Source of the DNA: Octopus vulgaris
Taxonomy: Eukaryota
Direction of reading: 5' to 3'
Length of the DNA stretch: 64,000 bases
Assembly (NCBI GenBank): GCA_951406725.2
Contig: OX597820.1
Span: forward strand, 112,530,001-112,594,000
Positions 12,538 through 24,922 of this stretch are shown here, piece by piece; the first letter of the stretch is position 1; every line of letters begins with the position of its first letter. Below the pieces are notes generated by a model that did not search any database, had not been told where the DNA came from, and saw only the letters and a program-made list of their open reading frames with translations. The position numbers and the translations under genes are program-made.

Positions 12538-12580
<43 letters not shown>

Positions 12581-12586
12581 CACATA

Positions 12587-12654
<68 letters not shown>

Positions 12655-13517
12655 TGTATGAATATTCATATGTGTGTATGTATATACATGTATGCAATAT
12701 CAGCATAATAAATAAATTAAAGTCGTTAAATGTTGCTTAAACAGCTGCTGCAAGTTGAGCTTGGTTGGTCAGATAGTGTGCATATTTTGAATGATAGCAC
12801 AGTATATAGACACCAGCTACATAGACAATGCATATATAGTAGTAGCATATGTATAGTCAGTAAATGCCAACTATAGTATCATTGTTTATACTGATAAGAG
12901 AGGTATAGTACATGGATGCTGCGCAGACACATACAACATGCAAATCAAAAAGAACCATGAGGAATGTGTGTGGTTAAAAAAACGTTTGTTTTGTAATCAC
13001 ATGCTCTTGCATTTGAGGTGCCACACAGTGACACCTTTAGCACCTTCAGCAAGAAATTTCTACTTCTAATAGCCTCACGTTGACCAATACATTGTGAGTG
13101 GAATTTGGTAGACAAAATACTGCACAGACCATGCCAATATAGACAGCCAGCCTGAACAGCCCTTCATCTAGTCAAACCATCCTGTCAAACCATCAACCCC
13201 ATGCCAGCATGGAAGACGGATGTTGAATGGTGATGACGATGATGAAGCACACACGTACACGTACACAATGTGTATAAATACACATACATACACAGGTGCA
13301 GGAATGGCTGTGTGGTTAAGATGCTTGCTACCCAACCATCGGTTACGATGACAAGTGTTCCATTTGATCAGATCAGCAGAACAGCCTGCGAATGAAATTA
13401 ATGAGCAAGTGGCTGAATCCTTTAAATGATGTTAAATGATGATGATGATATATATTTGGAGGGGGATTTTCTAGATGCAATCTCATGGTCAGTCATTACC
13501 AAAAGGGGTTTTTACTC

Positions 13518-14125
13518 TGATGTTTTATCAAGACAATGCATGACCCCACACTGCAAAGATCACAACACAGAAGATCGAAGAGCTTGGTTGGGAAAAAGTT
13601 CCTCCTCCACCTTATTCTCCCGACCTTGCTCCTTCAGACTACCATTTGTTTCGTAGTTTACAGAATCATTTGGGAAGACATAACTTTCGCAAGCCAGGAG
13701 GAGGTCAAAACTGACATTTCAGAGTTCTTCACTTTGAAACCAAAAGCGATTTACATTGATGGGATTAAAAAGCTTGCAAATAGATGGAAGGAAGTCATAG
13801 ATAAACATGGAAAGTACATTGATGATCAAATTTCAATTAAATATAATATTTGATCACTTGTTTTCATTATTCAAAATTCAGACAGAACTTATGGGATGAC
13901 CTGGTAGATAGCAAGCTGGCAGATTTGTTAGTATGCCAGGCAAAATGCTTAGCATCATTTCAGCTGTCTTTACCATCTGGGTTCAAATGCCATTGGGATT
14001 GACTTTGCCTTTGATCCTTTCGGGGTTGGAAAAATAAGTGCCACTCAAGCACTGGGGTTCATTTAATCAATTTAGCCTTTCCTCCAAAATTGCTGGCCTT
14101 GTGCCAATATTTTAAAGCAATATAC

Positions 14126-14164
<39 letters not shown>

Positions 14165-14169
14165 CATAC

Positions 14170-14233
<64 letters not shown>

Positions 14234-14242
14234 GTATGTATG

Positions 14243-14279
<37 letters not shown>

Positions 14280-14887
14280 GTATATTGCTTTAAAATCTTG
14301 GCACAAGGCCAGCAATTTTGGAGGAAAGGCTAAATTGATTAAATGAACCCCAGTGCTTGAGTGGCACTTATTTTTCCAACCCCGAAAGGATCAAAGGCAA
14401 AGTCAATCCCAATGGCATTTGAACCCAGATGGTAAAGACAGCTGAAATGATGCTAAGCATTTTGCCTGGCATACTAACAAATCTGCCAGCTTGCTATCTA
14501 CCAGGTCATCCCATAAGTTCTGTCTGAATTTTGAATAATGAAAACAAGTGATCAAATATTATATTTAATTGAAATTTGATCATCAATGTACTTTCCATGT
14601 TTATCTATGACTTCCTTCCATCTATTTGCAAGCTTTTTAATCCCATCAATGTAAATCGCTTTTGGTTTCAAAGTGAAGAACTCTGAAATGTCAGTTTTGA
14701 CCTCCTCCTGGCTTGCGAAAGTTATGTCTTCCCAAATGATTCTGTAAACTACGAAACAAATGGTAGTCTGAAGGAGCAAGGTCGGGAGAATAAGGTGGAT
14801 GAGGAACTTTTTCCCAACCAAGCTCTTCGATCTTCTGTGTTGTGATCTTTGCAGTGTGGGGTCATGCATTGTCTTGATAAAACATCA
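13518..14887. repeat. near-perfect ~1.37 kb palindrome (inverted duplication of mariner 3' end + SINE around a symmetric TA tract)
   Basis: 13518-14127 is the reverse complement of 14278-14887 with only about 2 visible mismatches. The ORF track shows mirror ORFs 13536..13853(+) and 14552..14869(-). Confidence 0.95.
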
Positions 14888-15901
14888 CTCCTTTTCGATT
14901 CATTAAAGTGGGTCTTTTTTTCTTCAAAGCTTGGTTCAAACGCTCTAATTGCTGACAGTTGACTTGAGCATTGATTGTTGCATTAGGTGGTAACAATTCA
15001 AAGTGAATTACTCCTTTGCAATCCCACCAGACAGAGAAGAACCTTTTTTCCATGAAGTCCCTTCTTGGTTGTGGTTGAGCTTTTTCCTTTTTACCAAGCC
15101 ACTGTTTATGATGTTTAACATTTCGACAGAAGATCCATTTTTTGTCACTAGTCACAAGACTATCCAAAAAGGGTGAGATGAGTTTGTGAGAATGGAGAGA
15201 AAAGCAGATGTCAACTCAGGATTTGCAGTTGCTTTCAGACAATTCATGTGGCACCCATTTTCCAAGTTTAGGAACCTTTCCAAGTTGTTGAAGATGATGA
15301 TGAACAATTGTATGGTTTGAACTAAACTTTATTGCCAATTCTTCAACTGATAATGCAGGATTTTCTTCAAGTAATGCCTCAAGGAGCTTATCATCAAACT
15401 CAACTGGACGTAATGTTTGATCTTCATCTTCAAGGCTGAAATCTCCACTTCTGAATTTTGCAAACCATTCTTTCCCATAAACTGAGTGTATGTTTCGAGT
15501 TGCTTGGGCTGCAGAGTTTCCTTTTTTGTACTCATAAAGCATTATGTTCCTTAAATTCTCTTTGGATACTTCCATGTTAGAAAGGGCTTTAATCAAAGAA
15601 ATTTTAATTCTGTTATTCTGTAAAATAATATTTAATTACATTATTTACATTTGACAGATATTTGTCCTTGTTTGTTGTTAACAACAAACAAGATGAGGAC
15701 AAATATCTGTCCAATGTAAATTATGTAAATAATGTACATAATTCCTCATCTCTTAAATATAGAACTGTAATATTTAATTAGTTTAAATGTACACAAATGC
15801 ATAAAAATAATTCTTAATTCCCTTAGACATTCTAAAATACTATTAAATTTTATTCAATTTTAAAAGAGGTAAAATCGGACAGAACTTATGGGATGACCTG
15901 A
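14501..15901 (-). mobile_element. mariner-family DNA transposon with frameshifted transposase
   Basis: TIRs caggtcatcccataagttctgtc / gacagaacttatgggatgacctg with flanking TA. ORF pieces contain KWVPHELS, VTSDKKW, WWDCKGVIHFELL and FYQDNA. Confidence 0.95.
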
Positions 15902-16330
15902 TATATATGCAGGTATATTGATGTGGGTGCGTATGTACATGTGTGTATCTGTCTGTGGGCGTTTATGTATTTTTATGTTAAACAGCACTGCTGGTTTAAA
16001 GAAAATAAGTGTTATCATAAAAAGGGGACTTAGCCAGTCAATAAATACAGATTGATAAAGTAAATAGCAAACTGAGATAATTACTGGAGTCAGTTTGATT
16101 AGGTAAAGCCTTTAAAGGTAAGTGTCCCAGAGTGGTCATACTCTAATGATGAAAACCAGTAAAAAAAAGGATTAACCACATACAGAAAGTAGTTGTAATA
16201 ATGTGATGTACAGTATTTATAAAAATGAAGAAAATGTTGTCAGATAATTAAATATATTTGCATGAATTGTTGGAAAAGTAAATTTCACACTCACCGGTAA
16301 AATTCCCACTTTTTTCTTATTTTTATTGTC

Positions 16331-16367
16331 CTAAAATTTTCGTTGCGTCTTGCAACCTTTTCAATAG
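16331..16367 (-). ncRNA. hammerhead-like motif, U3:A8 core variant, inside fold-back element 16285-16436
   Basis: cta TTGAAAA g gttgc-aagac-gcaac GAAA at TT tag: the same extra G and ultra-short palindromic stem III as the 10859 motif. Confidence 0.5.
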
Positions 16368-16825
16368 TTTTGACTCAAAACAAATTTTAGGACAATAAAA
16401 ATAAGAAAAAAGTGGAAATTTTACCGGTGAGTGTGTTAAATAATAAGGCACAAAAAGAAAATGACTCTCCAATAATTTCATTATTATTAAAACAGAATAT
16501 GCTTCAACACACGAACTCATATAAAGAATCTTGCAAACCAAATCCAAAAACGAAATAAATTTCACAGCTACTAAGGATAATACCAACCACTAAATTAACA
16601 AAATGAAATCTCTATTTTTTCAATATAACTCATTGAATCATATGTATCTAGCCAGAAGAAATGCTAATAACAACAACTACAACAGCAACAACAAAAACAA
16701 TATAAATAGTGGATTAAGCAGTGAAAACCTTGACATGTGTAATGAATCAGAGCACAAGTGCAAATAAATGCTAAGAGACCTTTATGAAACTTATATGCTT
16801 GTTAATGGCTTAACTGGTTGTTATA

Positions 16826-16893
<68 letters not shown>

Positions 16894-17603
16894 CCTGTCT
16901 GTCTGTCTGTCTATATACATACATATATATATATGTATACACACACACACACACACATATATATCATATATATATATATTGCCTTAGTCAACTGGTTCTG
17001 TATCAGTGGATTCATTAAAGCTGCAATCAGCGAAGTTTGCTAGTCATAGTAGTGGGGTGGACAGTGAGATATTTATAACCTATTGACAGATTTTTCATTC
17101 GTACCCACCTACCCCTCACTTTCTTAGCAACAACTCCAATGACATTTTACCTGCTGGCTGCCATAATTTTTGAACTCCAACAGGTACTTGATGCACAAAT
17201 TGCACATTTAGTTTATCTCTTTTTACAGAAAATTCAACTAATACTACTGCAACCTCCTTCTCCTCCTCCTCCTCCTCCTCCTCCTCCTCCTCATCATCAT
17301 CATCATCTACTAGTGCTGCTGCTGATATTACTGCTACCACATGACTACCACTACTACCACCATGAATAATAATATTTCTTATTTTGGCGTAAGGCCATCA
17401 ATTTAGAGGTGGGGGAAGTCGATTACACCAACCCCAGCACTTGACTGCCACTTTATTTTATCATTCCTAGAATTGACCTTGGTGATCTGAGGTCAATATG
17501 ATTGATTTCAAGGCAATGCCTTAGAATGGCTGCAGTTGAAGGACTGAAACATGCAAAAGAATATACTAAAAGAAAAGAATATATATGTATACATAACAAT
17601 CAC

Positions 17604-17761
17604 CTCGTAGAGCTTTCATATGTTGCACAGCCATTCGCAACACTGTCAGTTTGTCTAGTTTTCTGTTCATAGCATTGCACATGGGAATCATAGCTGATAG
17701 TTCTGTTATATAGGAATTCATTTTATCACGGCGACGTTTTTCAATTTCACTGTGGTTTTGC
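17604..17761 (-). CDS. BMAL1: BMAL1/CYCLE bHLH domain exon
   Basis: AG/GT-bounded 158 bp encoding (R)[52 protein letters not shown](G), the characteristic CYCLE/BMAL1 bHLH. Confidence 0.97.
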
Positions 17762-18711
17762 CTGAAATATTGAAAGTGTAAAAATAAATTTTAAAATTGA
17801 AAGATTTAATTTTATTTCATAAATTGTTTTTATTTTAAATGAACACTTCTTATTTGAGAGGAAGGAAATGAAAATTTAAAATACATTAGGAAAATACAAT
17901 GATGGCAACTTTAACTTGATTTGATCCTATAAATAAAAGTTCTCAAGTCAGTTTAAATATCAAAACACTGAGTCTTGAAAAGCAACAATTGCTACAGTAA
18001 TGTCTACAACCACAAATAAAAACCATTTCTACAAACCCACTGAAAGACCACATCAGAATCTTTAACTCTTTTAGCATATCCAGCCAAAATGTCTTATGTT
18101 CAGACTGGCCAGATGGGGCCTCTCACACCAATCCAACAACATCATTCTAAAGAGTAACAGTTGCCTCATCCAAATCTCAGAGCTACAAGATAATGCCTGA
18201 TTCCTTCAAATGTTGGGCCTCACAGAGGTGACAACAAGTGACCCAGACCAAGCCAAGTGAAACCACAGTCGTGGCCATTGCTAGTGGGATGTAAATGGCA
18301 CCTGTGAAATCTAGTTGTGGCTGTTATCAGTGTCATATAAATAGCACCCATGCCAGTGGCAAATAAACATCACCCATTACACTCTTGCAGTTTAAGCTGG
18401 AGTTTAGGCAGCATGTCAACCTGAGCAATAATGGTGTGTGCCTAATGAATGACATCATCAGTCATAATAGTGGTTTCTAATTTTGGCACAAGGCCAGCAG
18501 TTTTGGGGAGGAGATAAGTTGATTACATCAACATCAGTGTTCAACTGGTACTTAATTAATTTAAACTCAGAGTATAAAGCCAGTACCTCAGTTTTCAAAC
18601 AACTCTGATCATGAATGACTTCTGCTTTATCTCCATCTCCTGTCTTTCTCATATTCATTTAATACAGTAGTACTTTGGTTTACGAACACCTCTGATCATG
18701 AATAAATTGTG

Positions 18712-18762
<51 letters not shown>

Positions 18763-18780
18763 TAGATAGATAGATAGATA

Positions 18781-18847
<67 letters not shown>

Positions 18848-18865
18848 TGTATATATATATACACA

Positions 18866-19734
18866 TACAAAGGGTAACCCAAAAGAAGCCGGAATTTTGT
18901 AATATTATTTTATTCACTTAGTCTACACTTATATTGCTTTCAAAGTATTCTCCATTTGAAGCAATGCATCAGTCCAGGTGCATTTTCCACAATTTGAAAC
19001 AGTGCTGGAACTCTTGCAAAGTGATGCCTTTTAATGCCTCCATTGTTTTTTCCTTCACATCTTCCACATCAGCAAATTCCATAGCACCAGCTTTTGTCAC
19101 CAGTGATGACCTTTGAAAAAACGTTCAGATCAACTTCCAATTGTTCTTTCAGTTCATGACAGGCATTCAGTTGTGACTGCTTTTGATCTTCCGTGAGCAA
19201 ATGAGGCACAAATTTTGCTCCAACTCTGCGTTCGCAATTCCTCACTCAGAATTCGTTGACAGGAGCTCCAGGAAAGACCAGTCATCAATTGTTTGGTGAT
19301 GGTCCTCTAAATTCAATTCATGAATTTTCATATTTTCATTCATTTGGGAGGCTGACAGCAGTCCTCATTGAAGCTGGTCTTCAAGTGACAAGTGACCATT
19401 CCTAAAGTATGGAAACCACTTTTAAACTTGTGTTTTGCACATGGTAACAGCCTTGTACACTGATTAAAGATTGAGAAGTATTTTGGCTGCCCTTTTTCCA
19501 AGCTGAAAATGGAATTTCATAAAAGCAAGCTGTGCCTTAATTTCATCCATCGCAAAAATCAGTGCACTTCAAAACAAAGAGACATCACATGACAGTATGA
19601 TTCTAGTTGATGGCGCCAGTTAGCAGACAGATGCTCAAAGGTTGCATCAAATGGGTTTTAGCAGTGGAAGCCTGAACTACAATGGGTTTGTCCCACCAAG
19701 AACGTTTCTGGTTACTTTTGTATACCACCTTGTA
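18866..19734 (-). mobile_element. internally deleted degenerate mariner
   Basis: Imperfect TIRs tacaaagggtaacccaaaagaagccggaa / ttctggttacttttgtataccaccttgta. The C-terminal WKMHLD*CIASNGEYFE motif is on the minus strand. A related 5' end lies at about 28790-28975. Confidence 0.7.
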
Positions 19735-20104
19735 TATATATATGTGTGTATGTGTATATATATATTTATATATGTATATACATATATATGTGTATATATA
19801 TATATAATCATCATCATCATCATCATCGTTTAACATCCGCTTTCCATGCTAGCATGGGTTGGACGATTTGACTGAGAACTAGTGGCCCAGATTGCTGCAC
19901 CAGGCTTGATCTGGCAGAGTTTCTACAGCTAGATGTCCTTCCTAGCACCAAAGACTAGATGGCTGGTTGTCTTTTCTGACACAAACCACCTTATAGAGTG
20001 GACTGAGTGCTTTTTATGTGGCACCAACAGTGGTGAGGTCTGTTTGGCATGGTTTTCACAACTGGATACCTTTCCAAACACCAACCACTTTACTGTGTGG
20101 ACTA

Positions 20105-20146
<42 letters not shown>

Positions 20147-21712
20147 ATATATATATTTGTATATATACACTTCATGTATATTCTATATCAAAGAGTAACG
20201 AATTTGTTATATATGTGGATGTAAAAAAATTTGTCATTGAAACTGGGGATTTGTGTATATAGTTTCAAGCTACCATAAGTGGACATAAAAATGTAGGTTC
20301 GTTAGTATATATACTTAGATACTTATGTGAAACGACTTTGTCATTTTAATTTTACAGCTACACTATGCACACATATGTGCACATGCATGCAAACATGCAT
20401 ATCTAGATAATTAGACGGATACTGTCGATGAATCCAGATGCAGAACTGTAGCAATCATTAAGTAATAATTATTGACATCACAACTATATAAATGAATACT
20501 TGAGCTGATTGAGATACCAAATACACCCTCTCATCACTGTGTGTGTGAGTGTGTGTGTGTACGCATGTGTATATATGTACATATGTGTACACATACACAC
20601 ACACACATATCAATAAATAAATGTATATATAAATGTACATATATATGTTTATATGTTTGTATGTATGTATGTATGTATGTATGTATGTATGTATGTATGT
20701 TTGTATGTATGTATGTATGTATGTATGTATGTATGTATGTATGTATGTTTGTATGTATGTATGTATGTATGTATCCACTACCTCATCCAGTGTGGCCTAC
20801 ACTTTATAATAACTCCACTGCTATTATTACTATCCTCATTGTTATCCCTGCAAGCGCTATCACAACTCCACCATTATAATACCCCACCAGCATCAGCATC
20901 ACTACCACCATCATGACAATTACTATTGCCATGTCACCACCATCTCTACAAGCACTACCACCTCTTGTAGCGCCAATATCCCCATAAATGCCATCATAAT
21001 TCTGCTGCCATCATCTTAACAATGACAACATCCTTAATACTTCCACATTTCATCATAATACGAGAGAAAGATAAATAATAAAAAATATACAAATGGAAAA
21101 AAGATAAACAAAATGCTTAATCAAATTTGTTTCAATCAGTTTAAGTGTAAATTGAATTCTGTTATGATTTATTTCTTGTAAAAAAAATGGCATTTTTGTT
21201 ACCTAAAAATATTTATGGTTTTTTCAGTTTTTTAGGTCCTTTTCATCGTTCTTTCTCCATCTCTTTTCTTACTTTCTCTCTCTCCTTATCTCCCTTTCTT
21301 CAGTTCTTTCTCCCTCCCTCACTCTACCTGTTTGCCTGCCTATCTCTATTTTGCTGTCTGTCACCCGAATGAATAAATAAGAGTATAGATATGTGAGAAA
21401 CTCAGAGTAGTTAAGTTGCAAGAAAGTGGATCATCAGCTTCAAACAAAGAAATAAACTATATTTTATGTACCAACTACCATTTCTTTGTTTATGTACCAG
21501 TGTGCATGTGTACAAAGACACACACACGTATGTATATACATGCACACATGTGTATGTGTGTGTGTGTGTGTGTTTATATATATATCTATCTGTCTGTTTG
21601 TCTGTCTGTCTTTCTCTTTCTGGTTTGCCAGTCCTCAGTCAAATCATCCAACCCATGCTAGCATGGAAAGCGGATGTTAAAGAATGATATATATATATAT
21701 ATATATGTGTAC

Positions 21713-21852
21713 CTGCTGGCATTTCCTGTCAATAAGTTGTCCTCTAGCTTTGGTCTTTCGAATTCCTCTGGAGTAGAAGAACTCTCCCTTTCTTGCAAAA
21801 GAGAAAGGGCTTGATGTAATTGACTTATATCCTTCCCTAAAATTGCTGACAT
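21713..21852 (-). CDS. candidate alternative N-terminal or cassette exon of the BMAL1-like gene
   Basis: Unique open island between microsatellites: MSAILGKDISQLHQALSLLQERESSSTPEEFERPKLEDNLLTGNAS(R). It ends AG|GTACAC in phase 2, compatible with the bHLH exon. The donor is weak. Confidence 0.35.
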
Positions 21853-21910
21853 TTGAAACCAATATACAAACATACACACACATAAACAAACACACACATG
21901 CACACACACA

Positions 21911-21958
<48 letters not shown>

Positions 21959-22040
21959 AAACTGAGAGATAGATAGAAATAGGAATAGGGAAAGAGAGAG
22001 GAAGAGAAATAGATAGATAGTAGATAAATATACATATATG

Positions 22041-22086
<46 letters not shown>

Positions 22087-22119
22087 AATATTTATAAATA
22101 TACATAATATAAATGGTAT

Positions 22120-23262
22120 ATATATGCATGTATACACACATATATGTACATACTTACATATATATGTATATACATATGCATGTGTGGGCAAAGGACATCA
22201 CAGAACATAAACAACAAAAAATCCGAAAATATGGAATATGAATACATGGAATATGAACTTTTTTGTGAACAATGAAGGAAACAAATGGAAAACAAGTAAT
22301 GCAACATGAGGAACGACCCTTCATCAGTTGTCGACTGTTTTTTTAATCTGTATTTCGAGTATTTCGCAACAAGATATGTCTTCGATAAAACAGTTCTTCC
22401 CGTGAAGCAAATTAAATAAAATTTGGGATTTTGTGGAGGTTCAGAATTGGTAACAAAAACAGGACAGTGAAAACAAACAGGAAGGGCTGTTAAGTCTAAA
22501 CAAAGTGAGGTAATGAATGCAAAGAAGCAAGCTTGGACAGGAGACAGATAGGAATATGTCTGAATCGTCCAGCTGTGTCAGGAGGAAAGAAAGAAACACA
22601 AGTTAGGGAAAGAAAGAAATATGGCTGATGGTCACGTGTTTGCAGGAGTCTTGTAGTCTTCCTTTCTCTAATTTTTTCTCTCCCCTTTATCGTTCTCTTT
22701 CTGTCACTCTCTCTCCCTCACTCTTCCTCCTTTGCTCTCTCCCGTGGCTCCCACATGACCATCGACTATCTTTCTTTCTTTCCCTAACTTTGTTTCCTCC
22801 TTATACAGCTGGACGAATCAGTCGTATTTTTGTCTGTCTCCTGTTCAAGCTTGCTTCTTCACATTCCCTACTCACTCCGTTTAGGTTTAGCAACCCTTCC
22901 TGTTTGTTTTCACTGTCCTGTTTTTGTTACTAATTTTGACCATCCACAAAATCCCAAATTTTATTTAATTTGCTCTGTGGGAGCAACTGTTTTATCGAAG
23001 GTGCATCTTGTCGTGAAATGCTCGAAATATGGATTAGAAAAAACAATTGACAACTGATGAAGGGTCGTTCTTTATGTTGTGTGTCTTGTTTTCCCTTTGT
23101 TTCCTTTGTTGTTTGCAAAAAAGTTCTTATCCTATGTATTTGTAGTCCATATTTTCGTATTTTTTGTTGTTTACATTCTGTGATGTCTTGTGCTCACATA
23201 TGCGTATGTATATACGTATATATGTAAGTATGTACATATACATACGTATATATGCATATATA
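22120..23262. repeat. large diverged fold-back element (~500 bp arms)
   Basis: About 22120-22638 is inverted at about 22751-23262. Each arm carries CTGATGA (22320-22326 minus; 23054-23060 plus). Flanked by TA-rich tracts. Confidence 0.85.
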
Positions 23263-23477
23263 TATAAATTATTTATATTATTACATGATTGAATGCCATG
23301 CATCCATTTCCAAGTAAGTTTTATCTATATATACATATGCATATATAGATGTATGTATGTGTATATATCTATATCTATCTATCTATCTATCTGTCTATAC
23401 ACACACACACACACAGATATGTACATATGCATATATATATAAATATGTATATATTTATATTCATATATCTATATCTA

Positions 23478-23533
<56 letters not shown>

Positions 23534-24025
23534 AATCAATCTTGGTGGAATATATTATTTTTATAATTGATATTGCTGGAATTGAAAATGCTAGCAGGAG
23601 TCTTGTAGTCTTCCATTTTCCCTTTCCTTTACTCTCTTAGTCATTCCATCATTTTAATAATACCTTTCAAACATGTTGGTATATATATATATATATATAT
23701 ATAAAACTGCCACTAAATATCCACAGTAAACACTAAATATTTATAATGAAAGAAAAATAAAGAGAATCTATATAGGTCTGTGAATAAATATATGCATATA
23801 TTATATGTATTTGTGTAAGGCAGATGAATATGGCATACAAACCAGTGCAAATGTATATATACATATATATATATATTGGCCTGGTCGCTTAGCCAGCGGG
23901 GTGGTGTAATTCGAAGGCTAAAACAATGCGAACGCATTGTAACCAGCGATGTGTAACAACATCTGATGGTCTGGTCGGTTACTTGATCACATGGTATATA
24001 TATATATATATACGTATATATATAC

Positions 24026-24094
<69 letters not shown>

Positions 24095-24379
24095 GATAGA
24101 TAGATAAGTGTATCTATATATAGATACACATCTATATGAGCAGGAGTAGTGGGTAAGCATCATAGTCATGTGTTGAGAGGGAATTTTTATTTTGAGTTCC
24201 AGTTCTACAAAGTTCAAAAGATTGAGATTCAATGAAGTAAGACTCTGTCAAAGGAAGGAATTCGACACCAAAGAGAAACTCTTATCTCTGTGAGTCAGTT
24301 TGGTTCAGGAATGATCTCAATGATAGTTTATGGGGAACATTAAAAAAAGAAATGCAACAAACAAAAAGCCATGGATTAC

Positions 24380-24445
24380 CTTGCATATTTCTTAGGATCG
24401 TCAGTATTGCTGCAAAGGTCATCATCATCATCACCACTTTCAAAG
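24380..24445 (-). CDS. BMAL1: BMAL1/CYCLE-like exon preceding the bHLH domain
   Basis: Long polypyrimidine acceptor (ttttcttttctttctttcAG) and donor GTAAT. 66 bp, phase 2-2, encodes (D)FESGDDDDDLCSNTDDPKKYA(R) and joins both neighbours in frame. Confidence 0.88.
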
Positions 24446-24761
24446 CTGAAAGAAAGAAAAGAAAATGTTTATTTCTATATTCCTTCTTGTGTTTTATTTT
24501 GTGTACAGTACATGCAGTTCTAGCTTTCATTGTTGTCTTTCTTTACTTGACCTATTGTTGCTTTCTGTCCCCTCATTTACTCTTGGCCTGAGTACTGAAT
24601 ACAATACACTCATTCATAAATTAAGTACCAGTTGAACGCTGAAGACTTAGCCCCTTCCCCAAAACTACTGGCCTTGTGCCAAAAATTTGAAACCATTATT
24701 ATTATTACATTTATATATTTGTTTTGCAAGATTTTTTATGTGAAATCATGTGTTGAAACAG

Positions 24762-24868
24762 ATATTGTTGTATTTAGGAATGGTCATTTTGTCAGTTTAG
24801 CCAATAAAAACACATGCTTGTGTTTTTATTGGCTAAACTGGCAAAATGACCATTCCTAAATGCAACAA

Positions 24869-24871
<3 letters not shown>
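24762..24871. repeat. near-perfect 110-bp hairpin next to (TTA)n
   Basis: atattgttgtatttaggaatggtcattttgtcagtttagccaataaaaacac / gtgtttttattggctaaactggcaaaatgaccattcctaaatgcaacaatat. Confidence 0.9.

Positions 24872-24922
<51 letters not shown>

Noticed and set aside
18458-18658. Possible extra exon MNMRKTGDG..KTE|GT near the bHLH exon
   Set aside because: The donor is phase 0 while the bHLH exon needs phase 2, and the phase-2 frame has stops.
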